Source of the DNA: a virus
Strand: one strand, 5' to 3'
DNA length: 64,000 nucleotides
Virus record (IMG/VR): IMGVR_UViG_3300020193_000003
Both the position numbers and the translations under genes were made by a program. Each line of letters starts with the position of its first letter. Position 1 is the stretch's first letter. The notes below the pieces were generated by a model. The model was given only the letters and a program-made list of their open reading frames with translations. It was not told where the DNA came from and did not search any database. Shown here in pieces: positions 10,193-20,500 of the stretch.

Positions 10193-13100
10193 GTGGCTCG
10201 CCTCGAACGACACCTGAGAAAAAGCCCGGGTGAGAAGTCGCTCGGGCCGACCGTCGGCGGTGCGCCGAGGAACCTGAACCCGTTCACCGCGAGGGACGCC
10301 GACCTGGACATGGTGGTCCTGGAGGGCATTGCGACGGTCAACTTCGGTCGAGGCGTCCCAGACCCGACACCCGGCGGAGCCGCGGAGACGCCGTCGGCGC
10401 CAAGATTGAGATCGCCCCTCTACGCGACCAACGAGGATTTCGCCGTCGCGGCGATGTCCGGCCCGAATCGTCGCCCGAGCATCAGCGAGGAAAAAGACCC
10501 AGGTGACGTGAGGAATCCAGACGGTCATTTTCCGCGGCAAGCCGGACCGATGTGGAGGGACACGAGTTTCACGGCCCTGCACCTCGCGCCGAGGGAGCGG
10601 AGGGGCACGAGCCCGGCTTCGGTCAACACGTATCTCCACGCCGAATGGACCGAGCCGTACTGGGACGCCGTCAGGGACGACACGGGGATATGGAACTCCC
10701 CGCCACCGCCGGAGATGGAGGTCGAGCGCGCCATCTACGACGCAATGAAGAGAGAGACGATAGAGGTCGGCGGGTACAACGTTCCGTTCCCCCAGCACCC
10801 GAAGGAGTCCGACTACGACCAGTACACGGACTCAACGGGCGCCACCGTCAGGCACCTCACTGCCACCCGAAGTTTCCCCTTCCGCAATAGGGAGAACCCG
10901 AGGTGGACGGACGGGCACCCGCTGTACCACGCAACCCCGACCGGCGCGTTGCCGCGGATAGTCGCGGAGGGACTGGTCGCAGGCACCGACCGCCAGCTGT
11001 GGTTCGGGGCGTCACCGACGGTGTGGAACGAGCAATTCCCGCACAACGCCGCCCGCCAACTGAAGTCACCGATCAAGGGAATGTCGTTCCTGCGGATCAG
11101 CCCGACCCAAACGATGAACGAGAGGCTCTCCCGCCTCGCGAAGGTCAGCGATGTCGATCGGGCAACGGTTCCCGGGCCCCTAGCGATAGATTCGGCTGGG
11201 AATCTGATCGGGCCGAGGGATTCCTGGGCGCAAATTGCGGTTGGTCTCCTGAGCGACGCCCTGTGGTTCAACGACATCAAGATACCGACGGAAAACATCG
11301 AGGTTCTGAGTCAGACCGGAGAATGGATCCCGTTGTACAGGACGGACCTCTCGGACGTGGTTGCTGATCCCACGAGCGGGCCCGAGGCCGGGATGGCGAA
11401 AGAAAAGAATCGCGGCATCAGAAGAATCCTTGCGTCAATAACGAACGGCAAACACGGCGACGACGAGGGGGCGGACGAACAAAAACCCGCCTCCAAGCCC
11501 CCCGCCGAGGTCCCGGTGGTGGCGCAAATACCCAACCCGGAACCGAGGATCAAATACTCAGACTCCTACGGCGGCGACGACCTCATCAAGAACGAGCAGA
11601 GAATCGTGCGCATAGACCACGAGGGATTGGTGGCTGCGGGCCGCTGGAAAGACATCCACGGTGACCATTACGACTGGTGGGCGTACCCGATAGACAGGGG
11701 GAGCGGCCAGTACGGCGAGGCGTTCAACGTGGCCGGCGAGCCACTCCGGAGGTTGAGGGAAGACCCGGAATTCCTGGCCAGCCTCGCGCGGGAAATAGAG
11801 ATACAGGCCCTCGCCCTGGGTTGGTCGTTGTACGACCAGGACTGGGTGGAAAAGCTCGACTGGGAGAACGGCCAGGACTGGAGACGGGCCTACCCGACGA
11901 GGCTGTGGAAGGCAACCAGATCGGCGCAGATATTCGGGCTCCAGAGGGAGTTCGAGTCGATGCTCGCATTGCACGACTCGCTCGCAGCCGGGGGGGTGCG
12001 ATTCAACCACGAGGATTACTGGGAATCACCCGGGACGGTCGACGATGTCCCGTCGCTGGGAAAATCGTGGAAGGAGAGGCAAGAGGAGTGGAGACAGCGG
12101 TACCCCGCGAGCGACGCCACCAGCTGGACGAGCCCGCACCGCCCGCTGCCCCAGGGTCCCAAGCGGGGTTCCGACGATTCACAAATGACGCTCCTAGAGG
12201 AGGATCGGGTGTGGGACGCCTACGACAGCTACACAACTCCGATCTTCCCGGTCGTGTCCGACGCCGAGGAGCTAGCCGACATCCTGTCGGAACCTGACGA
12301 GATGATCGAGTTCGGTTACCCGTACGAGCGAATCGACAAAGAAACGAGACAGCTGATCGCCGACGACATCTTCTTCGCCGTCTCCCTGTTGATGGACGGC
12401 GAGTTCCCCGACGAGGAGTTCACGGACAGGCTGGAGTCCGCCGAACAAATGAGGCGATATGCGGACGGGCAGGAGGGCCTGTACCCGGAAGACAGGGACA
12501 TCCTGTACGCCCTTGCCGACGCGCTGGAGAACCCGGTCTCGTTGTACGAGGACATCGGCTACGAATCAACCGACTCACCGGACGGCGAGGCGGGGATGGC
12601 AAGACGCTTCCGGCGCCTGGACGAAGAACCCGATTATTCGGATATGAGTTTGAGCGACACGGAGATACAGAACTTCATAGAGTCCGAAGCCGACGAGGTC
12701 ACCGACGACCTGATCTTCGGCAGGGAGGTGTCAAGGGCGTTCGCCCAGGAAGAAGACGAACCCATCCCGCGATCTGTCATACCAGTGAGACAAATATCAA
12801 TCCCAACGCTGGAGGAAATTCCGGAGGACCTAAAACAGTCGTACATCAAGTTGTGGGCCGGAGGCGGGAGCTTCGTCGCCATAAATCGGCAGCTCGGAAT
12901 ATCCAACCATGACGGCGCCGCCATACAAACGGCGCTCCTCAGAAGCGGGGAAATCCTCCCGAGGACCAAGCGCACCTCGGGGGACTCACTGCGTCTCACC
13001 CCCGAAGACGAAAGGGTCTTCGTCGAGTGGTCCAACGAAGGGGCCGATATGGACTTGCTGACATCGGTGTTCGGACTCACCGCCGGGCAGACCGCCGAGA

Positions 13101-16100
13101 TCGCCGCAGACCTGAGAAGCCGGGGATTGATCCGCCGACGATTTCAAAAAAACTTTTTCACCGACAGTGAGCGAGACGCATTCGCGACCATCGTGAAGGA
13201 GGAACTAGCGAAAGGAAGAGGCATCTGGCCGCGTTCCGTGCTCAGGGCCCAGCGGGAGCTCGGATGGTCCAAGCAAAGAGCCCAGGCAATGCTCTTGTGG
13301 TACAAAACCCAAGTTAAGTTCGGTCTTATGCCCGGCATCAAGACCCAACTTTCCGATTCCGACATGATGAGGTTTGCCGCGCGATGGAACGACGGAGTGC
13401 CCGAGGAGCAGCTCGCGCGGGAGTTCAACGTCGCAGAGGGTTCCGTCAAATGGTTGGCTAGCAAGGCGAGAAAGCGGGGAATGCGCCTCAAGCGTCGCAA
13501 CAGCACGGACTTGTCCGCCACGGACGGGTTGCGACGGAGTCCCTCACTTTCTCGGGAGTGGTTGTTGGGAGTAGAAAACGGCACGACATCGGGCGGGTAC
13601 CAGGAGTTCATGGAGGGGATGCAAAAACGAGCGGTGGCACTATACCGAGACGGGAGGACGTACGGCCAGATCGCCAAGGAACTCGGAATCACCGGTGCTG
13701 ACGCCAAGTACCTGGTGGACAGGGCCGCGACATCCGGTGAGAAGTCCCCACGCCGTAGGGGACCAAAATCAAAGGTCGCCGCCGCGCTCGGCATCACCGT
13801 GGACGAGCTGGTTGAACGGATGGCGGCAAGATACAACGAGGGCAAGACAGGCGCCGAGATGGCCACGGAATTCGGCACCACAATCGGCAACCTTAATCAT
13901 TTCCTGAGGGTGGCGGGCAAAAGGGGTTTGTTGAAATTGAGGACGAGGCGACCGAAGACGTCAGTCAAACGCAACGTCACGGGAGCTTCCTCCCGAAAAA
14001 CGAGACCGATCGACGGATCCGACGGCGAGGCCGGGATGTCGGGCCCGGATTCGGCGGATCTGCCGGACGGAATAGACGGGGAACTAGAGGATCACGTCTA
14101 CGAGGATCCGGTGTTCGGTTTGTCCATAAAGCATCCTCTCTTCTTCTGGTTCGCCCCGATCACCCCGGAAGTTGTCGACTTGATAAACGCGTCCTTCGCG
14201 AAAAAACGGGCGTCGGCGGACGAAGCCCTGAGACAAAAGAATTGGGGAAGGTACATATACCTACACGAACGCCCCTACCGCATCGACGCCTTCGAGGACG
14301 TCATGGACGAGCTGACGGACCAGGAGTACTGGAGCCGACTCTCGGACATATGGGTGGACAGCGAGAACATCGGGGCGCAACCCGATCGTTGGAGGAACCT
14401 GCTACTGAGCGACCGCGGCTCGCGCGAGTCCTTCATGACGGAGGACGAGCGCGCGGAATTCGCGGCGTTGCAGCCACGGTTCACCGTGTACCGCGGTTAT
14501 TCGGAGAACGACCAGGAGGAGTTCGGAATGTCGTGGAGCACCGACGCGGGAGTGGCCGAGTGGTTCGCCAGGAGATTCGCAAGGGAAGACGAGAAGATCT
14601 TCATGGAGGAAATGGAGGTCTCCAAGGACGACGTCTTCGCATATCTCACGCGGCGGGGCGAGGAGGAAATAATCCTCGACATGCGCACCGCGGCTGGTGG
14701 GACGGCGAGTAGACGGGAGTTGCCGCGGAAACCCAAGACGAGAATACCCACGAGGAGCAGAAAATTGACTCCCCCGGATGGCGAGGCGGGGATGTCAAGG
14801 ACAACGGAGAGGGGCGATCTGGTCAGGCTCGGCAGAAACTCGAATTATCCCAGCGGGTTGCAACCCGGATCGCTCGGCAGGGTCGCGAGAGTGGGCCGCG
14901 ACGGAACCATCTCCGTGGAAATTGAAGGCGAGCTGATAAAACTGACCCCCGGCGAGGACCATTTCCTGGTGATCCCGAGGCAGTTTGACGTCCTGTACGA
15001 GCTGACGGACAACGACGGCAACGTGATTTACCTACCAGTCGAGGACGTGACGTACCCCCGGCTCACCAGCGCCAGGGAGGAAGCGGCAAAAGCTGGGTAT
15101 AGAGAAACAGGAATCATCCGAGGAAACATGCGAACATTTTTTGACGACGCCACGGGTACCTACAAGACGGAACGGACGGAGTTTGAGGTGATCGGCGCAC
15201 AGAACATCCGGCCGGAAACGACGGCACCGGTTACGAGGCAATCCACAGACACTCCCGACGGCGAGGCCGCGATGTCCTCCCAAAAAATCCCCAAATTCAA
15301 CGGCGGCCACAGCAGCAAGGGGAGGGGGACTCCGTCGGGTGACGGCAAGGACTTGGCGATGAGGGACGTGGCGGACAGCGCCATAGTCGAGTTGGCGAAC
15401 GACGAGAGGAGCAGTTCGCGGACGACGCTCGAGACGCTCGGGTCGTACCGGGCCGGGAGCATGGTCGTGATGCTGGCGAGAAACGGTGAGCTCCGGGGCA
15501 TCCCGCTGAGGGACGAAACCATCCAGGCAATAACGAAAGCCCACGACGACGGTGCGATGTTCGTCGTCGGGGACATGCCGGGCGTGGATTCGCAGTTCGT
15601 GGAATTTTTGGACAAAATCGGGGCCGACTACACGATCTACCATGCGGGGAGTTCGCCGAGGTTCCGTCCGCAACCGCCCGACGCGCGCGGGGACGCGCCG
15701 TCCGAACTCCTCGCGCGCGTGACCGACGAGGACGCGCAGCTCAATCTCCTTTACTCGGTCCCCGGGGTCGCCGCCAGCGTCAGGATGAGGAGCACCGACG
15801 GTGCGCCCGTCGCCCCGGGCAAGAACGCAATCATGAAGCCGTACCTCCTGGCTCCGCACATAGACGTGAACGGTTTGGACGCGTCGGACCCGGCAATCCA
15901 GTCCCTTTCGCCGGCACTGAAGGCCGCCGGGTTGGGAACCTACAAAGTCACCGGGCACTCGACCCCCAAGGTCCAGGGACCGGTGGTGAAGGAGTTCGCG
16001 GACAGGCTGATAGGTCCCAGTGCCGTCGCCGACGCCGTGCTCGGAACGTTCCCGACCGCGGACGAGATGCTGACGATATACGCAGTAAACGCACTCATCA

Positions 16101-17281
16101 GGGCGAGGGCGGAGTACCTTTCCGACTCCGTCCTCAACGCGGACCAAGTAAACGAGGCGATCCTGTTCGGAAATGTCATGCTCGTGGGCCCAAAATTGCC
16201 CCAGGACCTGTGGGACATCCCGCAGGTCGGCACCTCCTTGTACCTCGACCCGTTCAGCTACTTCAAGAACTATTCCAACTTCCTCAAGGCCGTGATCGAC
16301 GCGTTGCCGGAGCAGGTCAGATCCAGGCTGGGGGGCGGTCCCGACGACCGTGATGACGCCCAACGGTACTGGGGGGACACCTCGCTCTTCGAGGGCATCA
16401 TAATCAGGGAAGACGACGACATCTCCAGAAGGTTCGCCCCCATGATCAGGAAGCAGGCGGGAATAGTGTTGGACCACGCCAGGCGACACGGCGAGCTGAC
16501 GAGGAAGTGGGCGCAAACCGCCTACGACTTGATGAAGGAGGCTGGCCTGACGGACGCAGAGGTGGCTTTCGTTGTCAACGAACACTGGACGAAAGCATCA
16601 ACGTTCAAACTCGCCACGGTGCAACCGGGGAACGTGCTGGGTCACGCGGCGAGGCTGGGCGTGAAGGCGTTCTCCTCGAGGTACTCGCCGATAAGCCGGG
16701 CCATCACCAAGCGCATCGAAGCCGTCCAATCCGGGGGCCTCCGCGAGGAAGAGGATTTCGGCCTGCACGAGTTCTTCCACCACTACCTGGGCCAGGGTTT
16801 CACCAGGCACGGGGAGTACGTGGCGTTCAGGGGTCCGGCCGATCTGATCGATTCCTACCACGGGCACATGCAGTGGGCCTGGAACGACACCGGTCAGCTT
16901 GGGATGTTCGTCTCCAGGATCATGACGCAGGAGTTCGGCCGCGGCAAGACCGACGAGCCGGAGTTCGGGTATTCGCGCACACTCCATGACGCCATCGGCA
17001 GGGCCATCTACGACAGGCTGAAGGAGATGCTCTCCTCGGCCGAGGACAGGCGAAAAATAATGGATCAGGTGTTCCCGGAATTCCACGGGTCGCCCAGCGA
17101 GGACGAGGCGAAGATCAAGGCGCTGATCCGAAGGCAGTTCGCAGGGCGAGACCTTGAAAGGGTCCGCCAATTTGCGGATTTGATGCCCGTCCTCAGACTG
17201 CTCACGGTGCAGGACCTGCTGGTGCCGAAGATGTACTACCCCTACGGGGGAACGAGTAAAATAATCGGGGGGAGCAACTGA
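10193..17281 (+). CDS. Giant polyprotein-like effector protein (2362 aa): shared tag, ART-like, OGFr-like, HTH array, R-S-E ART-like, DUF4314-like, SLOG-like, HExxH domain
   Basis: Long ORF. Linkers GPEAGM 11378, DGEAGM 12581, 14021 and 14777, DGEAAM 15257. Motifs LYHAT...GL, HYDWWAYPID, VYRG...SWSTD...EEEII, FVVGDMPGVD, HEFFH. Confidence 0.85.
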   Translation: MARLERHLRKSPGEKSLGPTVGGAPRNLNPFTARDADLDMVVLEGIATVNFGRGVPDPTPGGAAETPSAPRLRSPLYATNEDFAVAAMSGPNRRPSISEEKDPGDVRNPDGHFPRQAGPMWRDTSFTALHLAPRERRGTSPASVNTYLHAEWTEPYWDAVRDDTGIWNSPPPPEMEVERAIYDAMKRETIEVGGYNVPFPQHPKESDYDQYTDSTGATVRHLTATRSFPFRNRENPRWTDGHPLYHATPTGALPRIVAEGLVAGTDRQLWFGASPTVWNEQFPHNAARQLKSPIKGMSFLRISPTQTMNERLSRLAKVSDVDRATVPGPLAIDSAGNLIGPRDSWAQIAVGLLSDALWFNDIKIPTENIEVLSQTGEWIPLYRTDLSDVVADPTSGPEAGMAKEKNRGIRRILASITNGKHGDDEGADEQKPASKPPAEVPVVAQIPNPEPRIKYSDSYGGDDLIKNEQRIVRIDHEGLVAAGRWKDIHGDHYDWWAYPIDRGSGQYGEAFNVAGEPLRRLREDPEFLASLAREIEIQALALGWSLYDQDWVEKLDWENGQDWRRAYPTRLWKATRSAQIFGLQREFESMLALHDSLAAGGVRFNHEDYWESPGTVDDVPSLGKSWKERQEEWRQRYPASDATSWTSPHRPLPQGPKRGSDDSQMTLLEEDRVWDAYDSYTTPIFPVVSDAEELADILSEPDEMIEFGYPYERIDKETRQLIADDIFFAVSLLMDGEFPDEEFTDRLESAEQMRRYADGQEGLYPEDRDILYALADALENPVSLYEDIGYESTDSPDGEAGMARRFRRLDEEPDYSDMSLSDTEIQNFIESEADEVTDDLIFGREVSRAFAQEEDEPIPRSVIPVRQISIPTLEEIPEDLKQSYIKLWAGGGSFVAINRQLGISNHDGAAIQTALLRSGEILPRTKRTSGDSLRLTPEDERVFVEWSNEGADMDLLTSVFGLTAGQTAEIAADLRSRGLIRRRFQKNFFTDSERDAFATIVKEELAKGRGIWPRSVLRAQRELGWSKQRAQAMLLWYKTQVKFGLMPGIKTQLSDSDMMRFAARWNDGVPEEQLAREFNVAEGSVKWLASKARKRGMRLKRRNSTDLSATDGLRRSPSLSREWLLGVENGTTSGGYQEFMEGMQKRAVALYRDGRTYGQIAKELGITGADAKYLVDRAATSGEKSPRRRGPKSKVAAALGITVDELVERMAARYNEGKTGAEMATEFGTTIGNLNHFLRVAGKRGLLKLRTRRPKTSVKRNVTGASSRKTRPIDGSDGEAGMSGPDSADLPDGIDGELEDHVYEDPVFGLSIKHPLFFWFAPITPEVVDLINASFAKKRASADEALRQKNWGRYIYLHERPYRIDAFEDVMDELTDQEYWSRLSDIWVDSENIGAQPDRWRNLLLSDRGSRESFMTEDERAEFAALQPRFTVYRGYSENDQEEFGMSWSTDAGVAEWFARRFAREDEKIFMEEMEVSKDDVFAYLTRRGEEEIILDMRTAAGGTASRRELPRKPKTRIPTRSRKLTPPDGEAGMSRTTERGDLVRLGRNSNYPSGLQPGSLGRVARVGRDGTISVEIEGELIKLTPGEDHFLVIPRQFDVLYELTDNDGNVIYLPVEDVTYPRLTSAREEAAKAGYRETGIIRGNMRTFFDDATGTYKTERTEFEVIGAQNIRPETTAPVTRQSTDTPDGEAAMSSQKIPKFNGGHSSKGRGTPSGDGKDLAMRDVADSAIVELANDERSSSRTTLETLGSYRAGSMVVMLARNGELRGIPLRDETIQAITKAHDDGAMFVVGDMPGVDSQFVEFLDKIGADYTIYHAGSSPRFRPQPPDARGDAPSELLARVTDEDAQLNLLYSVPGVAASVRMRSTDGAPVAPGKNAIMKPYLLAPHIDVNGLDASDPAIQSLSPALKAAGLGTYKVTGHSTPKVQGPVVKEFADRLIGPSAVADAVLGTFPTADEMLTIYAVNALIRARAEYLSDSVLNADQVNEAILFGNVMLVGPKLPQDLWDIPQVGTSLYLDPFSYFKNYSNFLKAVIDALPEQVRSRLGGGPDDRDDAQRYWGDTSLFEGIIIREDDDISRRFAPMIRKQAGIVLDHARRHGELTRKWAQTAYDLMKEAGLTDAEVAFVVNEHWTKASTFKLATVQPGNVLGHAARLGVKAFSSRYSPISRAITKRIEAVQSGGLREEEDFGLHEFFHHYLGQGFTRHGEYVAFRGPADLIDSYHGHMQWAWNDTGQLGMFVSRIMTQEFGRGKTDEPEFGYSRTLHDAIGRAIYDRLKEMLSSAEDRRKIMDQVFPEFHGSPSEDEAKIKALIRRQFAGRDLERVRQFADLMPVLRLLTVQDLLVPKMYYPYGGTSKIIGGSN

Positions 17282-17484
17282 TGGAACCGAACAAACCGAC
17301 CGACGCGACGCCGATCCTGAGGGTCGAGATTCCCGCCGCCAAACTCGACGCCATCGGCAGGGCGCTGGCCGGTCCTGATCCGCAGGACGACGACGGGTCG
17401 CACGCCGAGGCTCAGGCGGAGTGGGACATGATAGTTCGCGAGAGGAGCCCGAGGACGACAAGCTACGGCGGTGCCAGTAGCTAA
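17281..17484 (+). CDS. Small acidic protein (67 aa), translationally coupled to the upstream giant gene
   Basis: TGATG stop/start overlap with GGGGAG upstream. Confidence 0.65.
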   Translation: MEPNKPTDATPILRVEIPAAKLDAIGRALAGPDPQDDDGSHAEAQAEWDMIVRERSPRTTSYGGASS

Positions 17485-17496
17485 GAAATATACGTC

Positions 17497-17502
17497 TATA
17501 AT
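17497..17502 (+). promoter_or_regulatory. Putative -10 box TATAAT
   Basis: Perfect TATAAT in an AT-rich gap before the next giant gene. Confidence 0.4.
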
Positions 17503-17552
17503 TGTTTGATGATTGTCAAATCCCGTCGCCGGGAATAGAGGATAAAGGGCAG

Positions 17553-20500
17553 ATGTCGCCAACCCCGTTCAGAATTCCGTTCAACGCGAAAATCGTCGCC
17601 AGGCACGGAACGACGTCCGTGTACGCGCTCAGGGATGGGCGCCTCGCCTTCGTCGACCACACCAAGAACCGCACCTTCTTCGACGGGAGCAGGGACGTCG
17701 GGACGGGGACCTACGGGTCCGGTCACAACTCGGCGTGGGCCGACTCGCGCATCGTCGCCGTCGCGTCCAAGGGCGGCTCCGCCTCGTTCGCACAGACCAA
17801 GGCACTCAAACCGAAACAATCCAGGGTGCCACAGGAGGCGCCGGACCAGCCGGGGGAGGAGATTCCCGACGAAGCTTTCTCGCGATTGATGCCGATGATC
17901 CCGAAGGAGTTCCTCGATTGGGCGGCGTCGTACGAGATCGGCGACCCGCTGCCCCCGATGATGCCGGGTTACGGCGGGAGGACGCTGTGCAGTAAATCCA
18001 TAAACGACACCTCCTACTCGCAGGACGACTTCGGGGTGGACCAGGTCGTCGAGCGCGTCCTCGCGGACATGGGTTTGCCAGACATAAACCCGGCCCTCGC
18101 CTTCGCCCCCGAGATCGAGACCAAGGGCCTCCCGCGGATGGAGCAGAAGGGCATCCTCGGCAGGGAGATCAGGGACATGGCGCGCAACATCGTCGACTCG
18201 ATCCTCACGGCGAGGGGCCTGTGGAAGGACGAGCTGAACAAGATTCGCTGCGGGTCGGGGCCGAACGCCAACAGGTTCACCGACATCTTCGGGACCGGTT
18301 GCGACGTGCCGGGCGCCGACATGGCCGGCAACATCGTCGGCGCGATAAGGGCTGGGGTGGACGTTCCCGGTCCGGTGGACGAGGTGGCGGGGAAGATCGA
18401 GGGGGCGAGGGAGAGCGTCGCCGACGCGGCCGACGGAATTGACGTCCCGGGCGGAAAATCGTCCCTCGGCGAAAGGCTCAGGATGGCGCTGACGAGGGTC
18501 CGGGGCGGGCACACGCCGCACTACGTGGCCGACATGCCAGGCGACATTGACCCGGCAGCCGGCATGTCAGACGTGTTGAACAGGAGGTCCGACAAGAGGG
18601 GAGGGTTCCTGTTCGTCCGATCTCTCGTTTCGCGCAACAAACGGCGCGAGCGCGCCAAGAAGGCAGTGGGTCGTTTCGAATCCGCGGAGAAGATGGCCAG
18701 GGAGGCCTTCGCCACGCGCGAGTACCGCGACTGGGAGCAGGACTTCACGCTGAGAAAAGGCAGGCTGCCGAACCAGGGCGAGAAACTCAACTGGTTGGCC
18801 GAGCACATCGGATGGAAAGGACAGTTCAGGGATGCGGCCGGCAAACTAGTGACGGACGAGCACGGCAACCCGGTGGGAAGCTTCGGGGGGTTGGCCGACA
18901 CCGCGGTCGTGGACGGGGTCGTGACCGACATGACCCATTTCGAAGCGATGGTCGAGCAGATAGTGCGCGACCCGAGATTCGTGGAGGGCGGTAATTTCGA
19001 CAGGCTGAGCGAGGCCCAGAAGAGACGGCGCAGGGAGGAGGTCGCAAGGAACATATACGAGTACGGGCTCCAGACCCTGTTTGCGATGAAGAACGCCGGC
19101 GGACCGGAGAAGATAGAGCAGATCCAACCCGACGGGAGCAGGATCCTGGTAGACAACCCGGAGCACAAGAAACGCTTCGCCGAGGTAATACCGACCCATT
19201 TCCGCGTAATTCACCCGACAGACCCCAGCAACTTCCGTGGACTCGCGGATGCGGCAGTGGTCACCGGGGTCAACAGTTTCGAACCGGGATTTGATGACGA
19301 GATCGACTTTGTCCCGTTGCTGGGGACAGATCGGCGGATGACTGCGGGACGACCGCTCACGGCGGGCGTGCAGCGCCATGGAAGGGTCGCCGGTTCTCTG
19401 CCGTTGTACGCGCATGAGAACCAGACCCGTGGAGGCGAAATTCCGTTCGTGGCCTCCATAAGCCTGAATCCGGTGTGGTTCACCGACCGGCAAACACAGA
19501 AGGACAAGCTCAAGGCCTTCGGCGGTGACCACCTGGGGATGGACATAAGCAGGGAGGCGTTCTGGGCGCACACCGCCGACCACGAGCTGAACCACGTAGA
19601 CGACTTCGCCCAGAGACTCGGGAACAAGCTCGGATACTGGGGGGAACTCGGCGGCGGCCGGGAGGAGTGGATGCGGAGGCTGTCGCAGCAAACGTACACG
19701 CGCACGCCCACGGGTGGTTATTGGTCGAACGTGATAGACCTCCGCAAGGACGCGGCCAGCTACACGTTCCTCGGGCAGCAGATCGCGGAACTCGACGCCA
19801 AACTCGCCGCGGCCACGACGACCTACGAGAGACAGAAGGCGATTTGGTTCTTCTACATGCAGAACATGAGGTTCAACGAGCGGACGATGTCCGACTTCGC
19901 AAGGTGGATGAACAGATCGGGCGCCGGTTTCACGCCCGGCAAGCGCCTTTCGAAGGCCGAGCAGGCCGCGATGCTCACAGAGATCTTTGAAAACCTGCGG
20001 GCGCGCGGCTACTCCGAGGAGCACGGGGTGCCAACCTTCAGTTTCTGGGAAGACATGATGGACACGCCTCTGGGTTACTGGGACCCAGCGACGGGGAAGT
20101 TCGAGTTCCCGATGGACCCGCGCACCGGGCGCCTGAACCCGTACCCGCTGAACGTGATGAACCTGCAGCCGAAGTGGACGGGAAGAAGAACCCCGGCGAA
20201 TGTTCCCTTCTCGGAAAACGTGGCCACATTTGGGATTGAACTCGATCCGGCACGCTTCGGGCCTGGACGGGACCCGTACGGGCAGGCGAGGCTTGACAAC
20301 TCCGTCTCCAACCTCCTGCACGGATACATAGGGGGGACCTACGCCGGCGAGGACGACTATGAATTCGCGGCGGAGCTGAGGACGCAACTGAACAAACAGG
20401 GCGCGCTCGCCGACGTCAGGGAGTTCCTCGCCGACCCCGCCCGCAACATACACCAGCTCACCGAAGCCGACTTCATGACGCTCGTGGCCAGATACGTGGG

